From: a virus
Virus record (IMG/VR): IMGVR_UViG_3300050498_000493
DNA length: 64,000 nucleotides
Strand: one strand, 5' to 3'
Shown: positions 46,847-57,790 of the stretch, one piece after another
How the letters are laid out: every line of letters begins with the position of its first letter
How positions within the stretch are numbered: position 1 is the stretch's first letter
Notes under the pieces: generated by a model
The model's input: the letters and a program-made list of their open reading frames with translations, nothing else
Told to the model about the DNA's origin: nothing
Database searches by the model: none
Position numbers and translations under genes: made by a program

Positions 46847-49800
46847 CGACCGTCACCTGCATCCTGGTGCTGTCGCCCCTACGGGCCGCCGATGGCCATC
46901 TGCGCGTGCAGCGCGAGGTGTTCCCGGCCGGCGATCCGCTCGACGCCTATCTGCCCGAGGGCGAAGACCTGGCGCGCGTCTGCGTCAACGGGGCGACGAT
47001 TCTCCCCGAGCATTACGCGCGCTACATGCCGCAGGCGGGGGATGAGATCTGGCTCTGGCCGACGTGGGGTGACCCGGCGACGCTCATTGGCATTGGTATC
47101 TCGTTGCTGGTCGGTCTGGCTATTTCGGCAGTCTCGCATTTCCTCTTTCGCCCGAAGCCCCTCTTGTTGCCGCAGCAAAACCAGATGGGCGGCGAAACCG
47201 AACGGACCTTTTCCTTTGAGGGCATTCGCACCGCCATTGGTCCGGGGGCGGTGGTCCCCGTCATTTATGGGCGCCACCGTATTGGCGGGCAACTCCTCCT
47301 CGCCACCGTCGACCAAGCCGCCGTCGTGGTGGCGGATGGCACGACGGCGCCCTCCGCCACTATTATCGACGTCACCCACGGGGAACCCTCCGACATTGTC
47401 TATGTGACGGCGCCTCATCACGGCTTTGTGACCGGCCAGATCGTCTTTATTCAGGGCGTCCAAGGCAAAACCGAAGTGAATACCACCTGGGCGATTCACG
47501 TTGGGGATGCCGACACCTTTGTCCTCGACAGTTCGTGGGCTGTGGGGATTACCCATCCCTATCAAGGGGGCGGGACCGCGACGCTCTACAATCAGGGCGA
47601 TCGCACGTACCAGGCCATCACCAATCCGCCCACGCTGACGCTCATGATTGCGCTGTGTGAAGGCCCCATTGACGCCATCTTGACCGACACGATCCAAATT
47701 AACGGCCAACCGCTGGCGAACTTCCCCGGCGTGCAGGTGTATACGGGCCTTGGCACGGCCAATCAACCGGCCTTTGCAGAATTTGGCGGGGCGCGCAATA
47801 CGTTTGCCGACGGGCGCGACATTGGGGAGAGTCCCCTCACCTATACCTCCAACGCCGCGCTGCATGCCTTTGTGCTCAACCTGGTCTGGCCGGAAGGGCT
47901 CTATTTTCTCAACGAGAAGGGCGAGAAGCAGAGTAATACGACCGTCATGCAGTACCGCTTTGCCCCCAGGGGCACGGGGAGTTGGTCGGGGTGGACGGTC
48001 TTTCAAGTCAACGCGGACCGGACGGCGACGGTGCGCCTGGGGGTGCGCCGGGAGGGGTTGCCGTATCAGTCCTACGATATTCAGGTGCAGCACCTGCGGT
48101 CGGGCAATACCGACGAACTCCGGGCACGCTACAAGAGTGTGCTCGAAAGTGTCACTGAGTATGTGCCGGATACCTTTGCCTATCCCTATACCGCCTGGCT
48201 CGGCTTGCGGGCGCTGGCGACCGATGCCTTGCGCGGGGCCTTGCCCAATATTACGGTCGAGGTGCGGGGCCGTCAGGTGCGGGTGGGGTCGCTGGCCGTC
48301 CCTGAAACCTGGTCCGATAACCCCGCCTGGTGCGTCCTGGATGCCCTCACCAATCAGCGCTATGGCACGGGCGTCCCCGATAGCGATATTGACCTCACGG
48401 CCTTTGCGCTCTACGCCGCCTATTGTGATCAGGAGATCCAGGGCGAGCGGCGCCATACGCTCAACTACGTGCTCGACCGGGAAACCCGGGCACAGCAATT
48501 TTTCTTGGAAACCATGGGTGGCAGCCGGGGTATTTTGCTGAAGACGGCCGGCCTCTGGACGCCGCGTCCGACGCGGGATGAAACGCCGACGTGTCTCCTT
48601 TCCTGGACCTCGGTAAGCAATGTCCGCCTCACCTATATTCAGGATGTCGATGCCATTAACGTGGTGGAAGCCCGCTTTGCCAGTGAAGACCACGACTTTG
48701 AGCAAGACGTCATTACCTGGCCGGCCCTGGCGCAGTGGCCGTCCGAGGTCCATAAGCACAGCTTTGATTTGCGCGGAGTGACCAAGCCCAGTCGGATCAT
48801 GCGAGCCCTCCAGTACGAACTCAATCGGCGGCGCTTTGAAAATCTGCTGCTGGAGATGGACTGCTCGCTCGAAGCGTTGCCGCTGCAAATGCATGATCTC
48901 TTTCGCTTTGCCCATCCCTTGCCGGGCTGGGGGACGTCCGGGCGGATTCAAGAGGGCTCCAATGCGGCCATCCTGCAGGTCGATGAGGATTGCCTTTTTG
49001 AGCAGGCCGTCACGTATGTGGTGTATGTGCGGCATGAAGATGACACGCTTGAAGCCCGCGAGGTGCTAACGATCACGTTGGGGACCACGCGCACGCTCCA
49101 TCTCGCCTCGCAACTGAGTTTTTTCCCCGTGCCTCGCACCTCGACGTTTGTCTTTGGCACGCTCACGACCAACGCCAATACGCGGACGTTTCGGGTCACC
49201 GGCTTGCGGCGCAAAAATGATGTGACCGTGAGCCTCGAAGCCCTCATTCACAACCCGAGCATCTATGATGAGGCGGTGGCGACGCCGCTTGGCGTCATTA
49301 CCACCCTCTTTAACCCGGAAGGCCCGCCGCCGCCGCTCCTCTCGCTCGTCGCCACCGAAGTGACGCGGATTCAGACGAGCGGGGCCAGCCTGCGCGTCAT
49401 CAATCTGTCGTGGGACGTCGCCCCCCTCAGTAGTGGCTATGCGCCGTATGGGGGGGCCATGATTTTTCGCCGTGTACTCGAAGCGACGGGGCAACTCGGC
49501 CAGGTACAAGCGGGGACGATTGGCGCCGGGGCCGTCAGTAATCCCAATGACCCCAACTTTAACTATACGCCGGTTATTCAAGTGCGCGGCCATGTGCTCG
49601 ACTGGGATGACTATACCGCCATTAGTGGCTCGACGTATCAGTATCGTGTCGTGCCGATCTCGTATCTGGGGGTGCCCAATAATGCCGGGGCGCGGGAGGC
49701 CGTCCTGCATGTGGCCGGCCCGACGACGGCGGACTATTTCCCCTTGCAGCCGCGTAATCTGCGCCTCCAGGGGCAAGCCGTGGGTGTCACCATCTGGGAA

Positions 49801-52077
49801 GGGCGCGACCTCCATGTCGAGTGGGATAGCGTGGCCGATAGCCCGCTCTTTAGTGAGACCTTCTTTGTCGCCTTCTACGTGGTGCAGGTCTGGGCGCCAG
49901 GGCAACTCTATCTCATGCGCGCCTATAACGCGGCGCTGGCGCCCGCAGGCCAGAGCGTGCAGTGGACGTATACCCATCAGCAAAACGAAGAAGACCAGAT
50001 TCGCAGCGGCTTTGCAGGGGCGCGGCGCGATCTGCAGGTGATGGTATGGGCCGTGACGAATACGGGGCTCCTCTCGGTGGAGCCGGCCGTGATCGTGGTG
50101 ACCAATCCGCCGCCCGACATGAGTAATATCTTGCCCGAATGTACGGCCCTGTTTGAGGCGGTGTTGATTGATTGGAAACAATGGGTAAGACCCAGGGACT
50201 TTGACCATTTTCTGGTCTTGCTCGATGCCGGCAACCCGCCTACCATCCCTAATCAGACGCTCGGGATTGATTTCCAAAAAATTGCCGTCACTGACCTCAT
50301 CCCCGATATCACGTATTACGTGCAAATTATCCCATACGATTCGTTCGGGATCGGCGTGGGCAGTGCGATTGCGTCCGTCACGCCAGTGGCCCTCACGGCG
50401 GATAAACTCGACAATACGCCGCCAGCCGTCCCCACGGGCCTTCGCCTCACCACGGGCACCGACACCAGCGCAGACGGGACCATCATGACCTGGGTCCAGG
50501 CGCACTGGGACCAAAACCTTGAAGAAGATCTGAGCGGCTATCAACTCGCGTTTCGGGTGGCCTCGCCCAACATTCCCACCGTGGTGCAGCCCGGGCGCTT
50601 TGATACGACCTATAAACTCTTTGTTCCCGGCAATGTCACCGTCTTTGCCAAGATTGCCTCGATTGATCGCCTGGCCAACCTCAGTGTCTTTAGTGATCCT
50701 GAAGTGTCCATTACCACCGGCCGCGATGGCACACCGCCCTCGCCCGCTGCGAACCTGCACGCCATTGGTACCGTACAAAAGATTGCGCTCCTCTGGACGC
50801 CCCCGGGCGATCTGGATTACGACTATAGCGAGGTCTGGACGTCCGGCTTGAACGATCGCAGCACGGCAGGGGTCATTGGGCAGGGGAGCTACAGCTTTGA
50901 ACATACGGGCTTTGTTGCCAATCAACGCGCCTATTACTGGATTCGTCCCGTGGATACCTCGGGCAATGTAGGGCCGTTTCACCCGGCGTCTCCGACGGCA
51001 GGCGTGACCGCCGTCGCCGGACAACTGGACGACACCTTTATTAGCTCCCTGGTCGCAACAAAAATCCTCACGGGGAAACTGACGGCGCTCGTGAGTATTG
51101 GCGTGGCCGATCGCGTCTATATTGATGGCACCAATAGTATTATGGTCATCCGGGATCAGAACATCGGCAATAATCGGGTGCTGATCGGGAAGCTTGGCCC
51201 CTTGTCGGATCAGTACGGGATTCAGATTTTTAATACGAACGGCGGGCTCATGTTTGACGCCAATGACAGTGGCGTCACAGCGGCCGGGATTAAAGCCGGC
51301 GTCGTCAATGCGGGCCATGTCCGCACTGATACGGCGGTCATTACCGTGGCCGCACAGATTGCGACCGCGATTATCGACGACGCGCATATCAGAGAAGTGA
51401 CGGCGAACAAGATTATTGCGGGGACGATCAACTCCCAGGTGTTTCTTGGAGGGACGATCGCGGGGACGATTGCCCCGATTGTCCTGGATGGGGTCAATCG
51501 CCAGATCATTATCCGGGATGATAACGACACGATTCGTGTCTGGCTGGGGCGCATTAATGCCTCACCGACCGGCTACTCGATCCAAATTTACCGGCCCGAT
51601 GGCACGCTCATGTGGAGCCCGGAAACCGGCGCACAAACGGCGGGGATTGCGCCTGCGGCGGTCATTACGCCGACCATCCAGGCCAATGCCGTCACCAACA
51701 GTGTGGCGTATACGGACATTGTGGGGCTCAGTGTGACGGTGAGTGAGACGGCGCTGGCCTCGCTCGTTTTTGCGCTCAACGAGGGGGATCAGGTCTGGGT
51801 GACGCTCACGGCCACCGTGAGCGTGGCCACGTCGAGCGACGCGTGTGAGTTGCGCATCCGCGAAAATAGCGCGGCCTCGGGGTCGCCCGAACTCGCCTAT
51901 GGCCAGACGACGGGGCCGGGGCGCTTTACGATGGTGTGCCAGGGCGTCTATACCGCCCCCAGTGGCTTTAGCGGGACGACCAAGGCCTTTGTGGGCACGT
52001 TTAAGAATGGCGGCCCGGACGTCAATTCTATCGGCGCCGATCATATCAAGATGGTCGGCTTTCGGAGGCAGCGCTGA
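46777..52077 (+). CDS. Tail tip / host specificity protein (gpI-gpJ fusion) with FN3 repeats; exact start uncertain
   Basis: VPVIYGRHRIGG, LCEGPI, WSDNPAWC, FN3 repeats, ITAxKI-like repeats. Confidence 0.92.
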   Translation: MYGVDEALGAPPDADCAVAAAPVATVTCILVLSPLRAADGHLRVQREVFPAGDPLDAYLPEGEDLARVCVNGATILPEHYARYMPQAGDEIWLWPTWGDPATLIGIGISLLVGLAISAVSHFLFRPKPLLLPQQNQMGGETERTFSFEGIRTAIGPGAVVPVIYGRHRIGGQLLLATVDQAAVVVADGTTAPSATIIDVTHGEPSDIVYVTAPHHGFVTGQIVFIQGVQGKTEVNTTWAIHVGDADTFVLDSSWAVGITHPYQGGGTATLYNQGDRTYQAITNPPTLTLMIALCEGPIDAILTDTIQINGQPLANFPGVQVYTGLGTANQPAFAEFGGARNTFADGRDIGESPLTYTSNAALHAFVLNLVWPEGLYFLNEKGEKQSNTTVMQYRFAPRGTGSWSGWTVFQVNADRTATVRLGVRREGLPYQSYDIQVQHLRSGNTDELRARYKSVLESVTEYVPDTFAYPYTAWLGLRALATDALRGALPNITVEVRGRQVRVGSLAVPETWSDNPAWCVLDALTNQRYGTGVPDSDIDLTAFALYAAYCDQEIQGERRHTLNYVLDRETRAQQFFLETMGGSRGILLKTAGLWTPRPTRDETPTCLLSWTSVSNVRLTYIQDVDAINVVEARFASEDHDFEQDVITWPALAQWPSEVHKHSFDLRGVTKPSRIMRALQYELNRRRFENLLLEMDCSLEALPLQMHDLFRFAHPLPGWGTSGRIQEGSNAAILQVDEDCLFEQAVTYVVYVRHEDDTLEAREVLTITLGTTRTLHLASQLSFFPVPRTSTFVFGTLTTNANTRTFRVTGLRRKNDVTVSLEALIHNPSIYDEAVATPLGVITTLFNPEGPPPPLLSLVATEVTRIQTSGASLRVINLSWDVAPLSSGYAPYGGAMIFRRVLEATGQLGQVQAGTIGAGAVSNPNDPNFNYTPVIQVRGHVLDWDDYTAISGSTYQYRVVPISYLGVPNNAGAREAVLHVAGPTTADYFPLQPRNLRLQGQAVGVTIWEGRDLHVEWDSVADSPLFSETFFVAFYVVQVWAPGQLYLMRAYNAALAPAGQSVQWTYTHQQNEEDQIRSGFAGARRDLQVMVWAVTNTGLLSVEPAVIVVTNPPPDMSNILPECTALFEAVLIDWKQWVRPRDFDHFLVLLDAGNPPTIPNQTLGIDFQKIAVTDLIPDITYYVQIIPYDSFGIGVGSAIASVTPVALTADKLDNTPPAVPTGLRLTTGTDTSADGTIMTWVQAHWDQNLEEDLSGYQLAFRVASPNIPTVVQPGRFDTTYKLFVPGNVTVFAKIASIDRLANLSVFSDPEVSITTGRDGTPPSPAANLHAIGTVQKIALLWTPPGDLDYDYSEVWTSGLNDRSTAGVIGQGSYSFEHTGFVANQRAYYWIRPVDTSGNVGPFHPASPTAGVTAVAGQLDDTFISSLVATKILTGKLTALVSIGVADRVYIDGTNSIMVIRDQNIGNNRVLIGKLGPLSDQYGIQIFNTNGGLMFDANDSGVTAAGIKAGVVNAGHVRTDTAVITVAAQIATAIIDDAHIREVTANKIIAGTINSQVFLGGTIAGTIAPIVLDGVNRQIIIRDDNDTIRVWLGRINASPTGYSIQIYRPDGTLMWSPETGAQTAGIAPAAVITPTIQANAVTNSVAYTDIVGLSVTVSETALASLVFALNEGDQVWVTLTATVSVATSSDACELRIRENSAASGSPELAYGQTTGPGRFTMVCQGVYTAPSGFSGTTKAFVGTFKNGGPDVNSIGADHIKMVGFRRQR

Positions 52078-52403
52078 TGGCCTATCTGGTCAAATACCGC
52101 ACCGATGACGGGACCATTGTCGGGCTCTGGGAAAGTAATGCGCGGGCCTTTGTCGAGGCGCAGCGTGGCACGGACGAGCCCGGCTATGGATATCTCGTCC
52201 GCGACGAGGCGGCGCCGTCCCGCATGCAAGAGCAATGGCGTGTGCTGGGGGACCAGGTGGTGCAAGACGTCCGCCCGCGCACGCTGACGCCGCAGGGCCA
52301 CCCCGTGATTGTTCCTGGGGTGACCCTGGCGGCGCTGGCAGAGCAGGTGGCAGCACTCACGACGCGCGTGGAGGCCCTCGAAGGCCAGAAAGGACAGGTC
52401 TAA
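52077..52403 (+). CDS. Hypothetical tail-associated protein
   Basis: TGATG-coupled to gpJ; C-terminal coiled coil. Confidence 0.6.
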   Translation: MAYLVKYRTDDGTIVGLWESNARAFVEAQRGTDEPGYGYLVRDEAAPSRMQEQWRVLGDQVVQDVRPRTLTPQGHPVIVPGVTLAALAEQVAALTTRVEALEGQKGQV

Positions 52404-52404
52404 A

Positions 52405-53898
52405 GTGGCCCAACTGGGCGCTGGCATTTCCACGGGGTATCCTGGCGTCATCGACACGCGGCAGACGTTTATCAATGCGGTGCCGGTGGCCCCCGATTCG
52501 GCATCAAGGGTCGACGCGGAGGTTGTGAACGATCTCTTGGCGGCCACGGTCGCGGTACAGACGACCTTGGGCACGAATCCCCAGGGGACCTTTGGTTCGC
52601 TCGCGGCCCGGCTCCAGCAGTTCTTGCCTGGCGGCGGTGAGAGTCCCCTCTTTTTCACCTTCAATGCCACCACGAGCGTCACCATTGCGGGCACGACGCA
52701 TCGCCTCGGCACGCCCGCGCCCCTCTTCCAGGCGTACAATGCCGAAACGCCGCGCCAGGTCATTCAGCCCAATACCGTGGCGATTGATACGCTCACCTAT
52801 GATGCAACCTTTACGTTTCTCACGCCGCAAACAGGCGTCATTAGTCTCGCGGCCCCGAGTCCCCAATATACGGTCTCGTTTACCAATCAGACGACCGTCA
52901 GTATTCCGGGTACGACGCACGCCCTCGGGACCGCTGATCTCCTTGTGCGTGTCTATACCGTGAGCGGCACGCAGAACATCCTGACGCAGGTGCCCGTGAG
53001 TATTGCCCCCGCAACGGCGGATGTCACCGTGACGTTTGTGACCCCCGCGAGCGGGACGGTTATTGTGAGTGGCGCGGGTCCGCGCTTTGTGGCGACGTAT
53101 ACGAATACCACGACGGTGAGCGTCGCGGGCGCCACGCATGGGCTCGGGACGGCAGCCCTGCTCTTTGCCGTCTATGACAATGCGAGCCCGCGCCAGAGTC
53201 TCTTGCCCAACACCATCACGGTCGATCCCAATACCTTTAACGTCGTGATGACATTTCTGACCCCGACGAGCGGCCGGCTCCTCATTGTGAAAGCCACTGC
53301 CATTACCGGCACCGACTTTGAAATCCGGGACGCGGGCGTCACCAATGCCTCGGCCGTGCGTGTCTTGAGTGAGGACGGCGCGCTCCTCCTCCAGATGGGG
53401 AGTGGTGAGGTCGTGGAAACCCTGAACAAAACGGGTAGTGTGGTGCAGCGGACCGATAACAGCGGCAATCTGATGATTACGGGCACCGCGACCAAGCCTG
53501 GCGGCGGCAGTTGGCTCAGTCCGTCGGACGAGCGCCTCAAAAAGGACATTGCGCCGTTTGTCGATGGGCTAGAGGTCCTACTCCAACTCGAGCCGATTTG
53601 GTACCGCTACAACGGCCAGGGCGGTATTCCCATTACGCGTCAGCGGCACATCGGTTTGCGGGCGCAAGCCGTGCAGGCCATCGCCCCCTATATGGTGACG
53701 AGTCGTCGGGGCGTCCTCACCCCGAATAGTGAGGAGACGGACCTGCTGGCGCTCGATACCGAGGCGCTCCCGTACCTGCTGCTCAATGCGCTGAAAGCGG
53801 TCTGTCAGCTTCTGGAGACGGCGCGTCAGGACAAGGACGCGCTGGCGGCGCGCGTGGAACGCTTGGAGGCCCTTGCGGCTACGAAAGGAGGCACATGA
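52405..53898 (+). CDS. Tail fibre with C-terminal intramolecular chaperone (peptidase S74)
   Basis: W..PSDERLKKDI...IGLRAQ.VQ...P...coiled coil; three 'THxLGT' repeats. Confidence 0.88.
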   Translation: MAQLGAGISTGYPGVIDTRQTFINAVPVAPDSASRVDAEVVNDLLAATVAVQTTLGTNPQGTFGSLAARLQQFLPGGGESPLFFTFNATTSVTIAGTTHRLGTPAPLFQAYNAETPRQVIQPNTVAIDTLTYDATFTFLTPQTGVISLAAPSPQYTVSFTNQTTVSIPGTTHALGTADLLVRVYTVSGTQNILTQVPVSIAPATADVTVTFVTPASGTVIVSGAGPRFVATYTNTTTVSVAGATHGLGTAALLFAVYDNASPRQSLLPNTITVDPNTFNVVMTFLTPTSGRLLIVKATAITGTDFEIRDAGVTNASAVRVLSEDGALLLQMGSGEVVETLNKTGSVVQRTDNSGNLMITGTATKPGGGSWLSPSDERLKKDIAPFVDGLEVLLQLEPIWYRYNGQGGIPITRQRHIGLRAQAVQAIAPYMVTSRRGVLTPNSEETDLLALDTEALPYLLLNALKAVCQLLETARQDKDALAARVERLEALAATKGGT

Positions 53899-54377
53899 GA
53901 CATCGCTGGTTTGGCCTGGGATGTATGCTCGGCTTCGTCTTCTGGAGCGGCACGCCAGTGTGGGCGCAGGGCCAGTTTTTTAACAGTAACCTTACCGTCG
54001 CCGGGACGATTAACGCCGGGACCGCGACGGGCAGTGGCAATGCGTATGTGTTGACGCTCAACCCGGCCATTGGCGCCTATGTGACCAATCAATGCTTTAT
54101 GTTTCAGGCCAACCACACGGTGACGGGGGCGGCGTCGCTCAATATTAACGGTCGGGGCGTCAAGGCACTGCGGAAATTTGTGTCAACGGTGTCGACGGAC
54201 CTGGCCGCCAATGACATTGCCAGTGGACAGATCATTACGGTGTGTTACGACGGCACCCATATGCAACTGACGGGCGGCGGGCCAGGCGGCGGCGGCGGCG
54301 GCGGAGGCGGCGGCGTCCCGGCCTTTGTGACCGCCACGACGGCCCTCAGTGCCCATGCGCATGCAGGAGGGCTCTAG
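53895..54377 (+). CDS. Signal-peptide fibre-domain protein, paralog of 28554-29957 N-domain
   Basis: MRHRWFGLGCMLGFVFWSGTPVWA-Q; TGAASLNING...DIASGQIITVCYDG. Confidence 0.7.
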   Translation: MRHRWFGLGCMLGFVFWSGTPVWAQGQFFNSNLTVAGTINAGTATGSGNAYVLTLNPAIGAYVTNQCFMFQANHTVTGAASLNINGRGVKALRKFVSTVSTDLAANDIASGQIITVCYDGTHMQLTGGGPGGGGGGGGGGVPAFVTATTALSAHAHAGGL

Positions 54378-54378
54378 G

Positions 54379-54876
54379 ATGCGTCGACGACGAGTGATGG
54401 GCTTCCTGGCCCTGCTAGGGGCCTTCCTGGCGGGGTCGAGTTGGGCGGCAGTCACGCCCAATAGCCCGGTGTTTATGCAAACGCCCACCGTGGGCAAAGT
54501 GCAGTTTGTCCAGGGAACCGATAGCGCTGGCACCTACAAAACGCTCTATACGGCGGGGACCAACGGTGCCCGCTGTAATGCCATGTGGCTCACCACGGAT
54601 GATGGGACGACGACCCATCTGGTGACGGTGCAGGTGGTGAGCGGGGGGCTGCGGTTTGGCGGGGTGGCGGCACTCACGCTTCAGAGCCAGGGCTTTGTCA
54701 ACGGCACGCCCGCGCTCAATCTCCTCGCGCCCACGCTCTGGGCGGGGTTGCCGCTCGATAGCGACGGCAATCCCTATATTCAACTGGCGACCGGCGATAC
54801 GCTCCAGGCCACCTACGCGACGGCGCTCACGGCGGCGACCCGGATCAATATTGTCGTGTCCTGCGGTGAGTTTTAG
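54379..54876 (+). CDS. Signal-peptide virion-like protein
   Basis: MRRRRVMGFLALLGAFLAGSSWA-A; TLYTAGTNG...L.TGDTL. Confidence 0.7.
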   Translation: MRRRRVMGFLALLGAFLAGSSWAAVTPNSPVFMQTPTVGKVQFVQGTDSAGTYKTLYTAGTNGARCNAMWLTTDDGTTTHLVTVQVVSGGLRFGGVAALTLQSQGFVNGTPALNLLAPTLWAGLPLDSDGNPYIQLATGDTLQATYATALTAATRINIVVSCGEF

Positions 54877-54901
54877 TATGTATTGTCCTAAGGGAGCGCT
54901 C

Positions 54902-55837
54902 ATGATGCGACGAAGCCTGCTCTGCCTGCTTCTCCTGCTTACCAGCGGCACGTTCGCCCTGAGCGAGGCGCAGCAACTCGGCGGACGGATGCACCAGAGT
55001 AACGTGCGCCTGAACAAGCTGCGGGCGGGCACGCTCACCAACTGCGGGAGTAACAACTTTGTGAGCGGCTGGCGCCCTGATGGCACGACGATTTGTACCG
55101 CGTTCGCCCTGGATATCAGCAATGTCGTCACCCTCACCGGCGCGCAAAAGGTCTCGAATAAGCAGCTCGTCCCCAAGGCCGTCCCCTATACGCCTGGCGG
55201 AACACCGTTATCCATTACACCCAATCTGGACACGACCGATATCGTGGTGGTCGATGGCATTACCGGGGATCTCACGATCAACGCGCCTGTTGGGACGGGG
55301 GGCAATCCCACCGACGAGCAGGAACTGTCGTTTCGCTTCAAATCTACCACCCCGCGCGCGCTCACCTGGCACCCCATCTATACCACCGAAAACGGCATTC
55401 CGCTGCCCACGGCCACGACGGGGGACGGCACCACGACGGATCGGGTGAAGGTGCTCTATAATGCCACCTCGGCCAAGTATGGCTCCGTGGCCACGACGCA
55501 GGGCGTCGGGCGGGGCGTGACCACGAGTACGGGCACCGCCACCACGCTCAACTGTAATGCCCAGATTGCCGCGCTGTGCCGCTATACCATGACCGGGGCA
55601 GCTGGGACGCTGACGATTACCATGAGTGGCACGGTGACGGACGGCACGCTCACCCGAATTAGTCTTAAATGTACAAACGCCCAAGTGTTGACGCTGAGCA
55701 CGGCGGGCTTTTTGCCGTCGCCCAATATTTCCCTCACCATCACCTGCCCCGCTACGGCCGCAGGCATGGGGTGGTTTGATCTGGGGTTCTCGTATTCCCA
55801 GGCAGACGGCAAACATCAATTGATCGCTAGCAACTAG
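54902..55837 (+). CDS. Signal-peptide fibre-like protein
   Basis: MMRRSLLCLLLLLTSGTFALSEA-Q; two related beta domains. Confidence 0.7.
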   Translation: MMRRSLLCLLLLLTSGTFALSEAQQLGGRMHQSNVRLNKLRAGTLTNCGSNNFVSGWRPDGTTICTAFALDISNVVTLTGAQKVSNKQLVPKAVPYTPGGTPLSITPNLDTTDIVVVDGITGDLTINAPVGTGGNPTDEQELSFRFKSTTPRALTWHPIYTTENGIPLPTATTGDGTTTDRVKVLYNATSAKYGSVATTQGVGRGVTTSTGTATTLNCNAQIAALCRYTMTGAAGTLTITMSGTVTDGTLTRISLKCTNAQVLTLSTAGFLPSPNISLTITCPATAAGMGWFDLGFSYSQADGKHQLIASN

Positions 55838-55850
55838 GAGTAAAAGCACT

Positions 55851-56462
55851 ATGCATCGTCGTGTGGCGCTGGTATACGGGCTGCTCCTCGCGTGGACGTC
55901 TCTCGTCTGGGGCGGCGCGGCAACGACCCTGACGGACGCGCAGTATCAGCAACTCAACACGCAAATTACGTCGACGGATATCAATGAGAATCAAGCCGAT
56001 ATCACGGCAGGAAGGGATCAGGTGATTGCCGATCGGTACAACCAACCGTTTACGCCGACGTTTCAGGTGTATCGCACGGCGGTGACCCGGCGCGACCTCC
56101 TCTTTACGGCCTCGCCTGCCGGGACGGTCTTTATTTTCGTGGGCGATGGCTATATCTCGCGCACCCAACAGGAATTACTGACCTTTCATGACTTGTTTGA
56201 TGGCCCCAACTCCGCTATGGACCCCTCGCTCCCTAACGTCCAGCAAGCGCTCCTCGACATCTTCAGTGGCGCGGCGGGGACGAATGCCCAGAAAAATAGG
56301 GCCCACATTGGGAATATGAGCCGGCGCCCGGTGACGCGGGCGGAAAAAATCTATGTGACGCAGGGGGTGGGTACGAACGCTGATCCAGGCTATCTGGTCT
56401 GGGAGGGACGCCTCACGCATGACGATATCCGCTACGCGCTCCGGGGAGGGCCACGGCCATGA
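55851..56462 (+). CDS. Signal-peptide paralog of 32283-32792
   Basis: MHRRVALVYGLLLAWTSLVWG; YNQPFTPTFQVYRT...DPS...IFSG...RRPVTRAEKIY...WEG.LT. Confidence 0.75.
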   Translation: MHRRVALVYGLLLAWTSLVWGGAATTLTDAQYQQLNTQITSTDINENQADITAGRDQVIADRYNQPFTPTFQVYRTAVTRRDLLFTASPAGTVFIFVGDGYISRTQQELLTFHDLFDGPNSAMDPSLPNVQQALLDIFSGAAGTNAQKNRAHIGNMSRRPVTRAEKIYVTQGVGTNADPGYLVWEGRLTHDDIRYALRGGPRP

Positions 56463-56959
56463 GGACACGGCTTGCTTCCTGCCTCCTCTTGAGTCTCGTC
56501 CTCTGGACGTCCCCGCTGTGGGCCGCCTCTCCCTTCGTCTGGCTCCGGGGCGCCATCGACACCTGGATTACCACCAGTACAGGCTTGACGAGTGGCTCCA
56601 GCGTGCTCTCTCCTAACATTACGCTGACGAGCGCGAACTATACCCGGGCAGATTGTGAGCTCAATACCGGCGCCTGGAGCGGGACCGTCGCCGCTAATAC
56701 GGCCGTGGTGGTCTGGCTCATTCGGCAGGCCGACGGGACGAATTTTGAAGACGGGGCCACGGGGACGGACCCGGCCCGCATCCCTGATATGGTCTTTCCG
56801 CTGCGGGCGGTGAGCACCGCGCAGCGCATTGTGATCCCGAACCTGGAACTCCCGCGTGGAGTGTTTAAGGCCTTGCTCAAAAATGATGGAACGGGCGTCA
56901 CGCTGCAGGGCGCCCCCTGGACGCTCAAATGCACGCCGTACATTTTGCAAGTGCCCTAG
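56459..56959 (+). CDS. Signal-peptide virion-like protein
   Basis: MRTRLASCLLLSLVLWTSPLWA-A; DGTNFEDG...LP.G.FK.LLKN. Confidence 0.7.
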   Translation: MRTRLASCLLLSLVLWTSPLWAASPFVWLRGAIDTWITTSTGLTSGSSVLSPNITLTSANYTRADCELNTGAWSGTVAANTAVVVWLIRQADGTNFEDGATGTDPARIPDMVFPLRAVSTAQRIVIPNLELPRGVFKALLKNDGTGVTLQGAPWTLKCTPYILQVP

Positions 56960-57771
56960 CGCTGCTCCTGGCGCTGCTGGGCAGCACACCGAGCCTCGCA
57001 CAACCCCAGGTGGACCGGAGCGCGCCCTTTGCGCAAGGACTCCTGGCCTGGTGGGTGGCGGTGCCCGGCCTCACGGGTGGGCGGTTCCTCTATGACCTCA
57101 TGGGCCGCACCCACGCCACGCTCGTCAACATGGCGACGGCGGGCACCTCGGGATGGGCGGCGCCGACCCGCGCCGGGGATGCCGGGGAGATTCGCTTTGA
57201 TGGCACCAATGATTATGTGGATATTCCCAGTACAGGGTATTTGTTTCCCCCCGCCTTTACCCTGACGGCCTGGGTGAAACGGACGGCCATCGGGGTGGCC
57301 TATCAAAACGTGTTTACGCATACCAGTGGCGATGTGCGGGTCTTTCAAATGAAAAGTGATGGCCGGATTGCCACGGCGCTTTTGACGACGGGGACAACCT
57401 TTTCCCATGATGGTGGTGCCATCGCGCTGGCCGTGGGCACCTGGTACTTTGTGGCCTTTAGCTACAGTAGCACGAGCGGCTTTGAGGTCTCGGTCAACGG
57501 GGTGCAAGACACCTTTGACGCGCCCAATGGCACCGCCTTTGCTATTACCCAAGCCCAACGGTGGGGGGCGAACATGGCAGGATCGGCCGATTTCTTCCCT
57601 GGCGCGATGAACGACATTCGCCTCTACAACAAGGCCCTCTCCCTGAGTCAGCTCCGCGCCATGATGCAGGACAATACGCGCAGCCCCCTGGTCACGCGGA
57701 GTCTCCCCGTGGGCGTGGTCGAGGCGCTCGTGCAACAGAAACAGCGGTTCTTCCCTTTTTTTGGTCCATAA
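56929..57771 (+). CDS. Signal-peptide LamG protein, paralog of 33572-34450
   Basis: ALALLLALLGSTPSLA-Q; GLLAWW...GG...DL.GR; GAMNDIRLYNKALS. Confidence 0.8.
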   Translation: MHAVHFASALALLLALLGSTPSLAQPQVDRSAPFAQGLLAWWVAVPGLTGGRFLYDLMGRTHATLVNMATAGTSGWAAPTRAGDAGEIRFDGTNDYVDIPSTGYLFPPAFTLTAWVKRTAIGVAYQNVFTHTSGDVRVFQMKSDGRIATALLTTGTTFSHDGGAIALAVGTWYFVAFSYSSTSGFEVSVNGVQDTFDAPNGTAFAITQAQRWGANMAGSADFFPGAMNDIRLYNKALSLSQLRAMMQDNTRSPLVTRSLPVGVVEALVQQKQRFFPFFGP

Positions 57772-57790
57772 GGTATGCAGGGGGTTTCCC

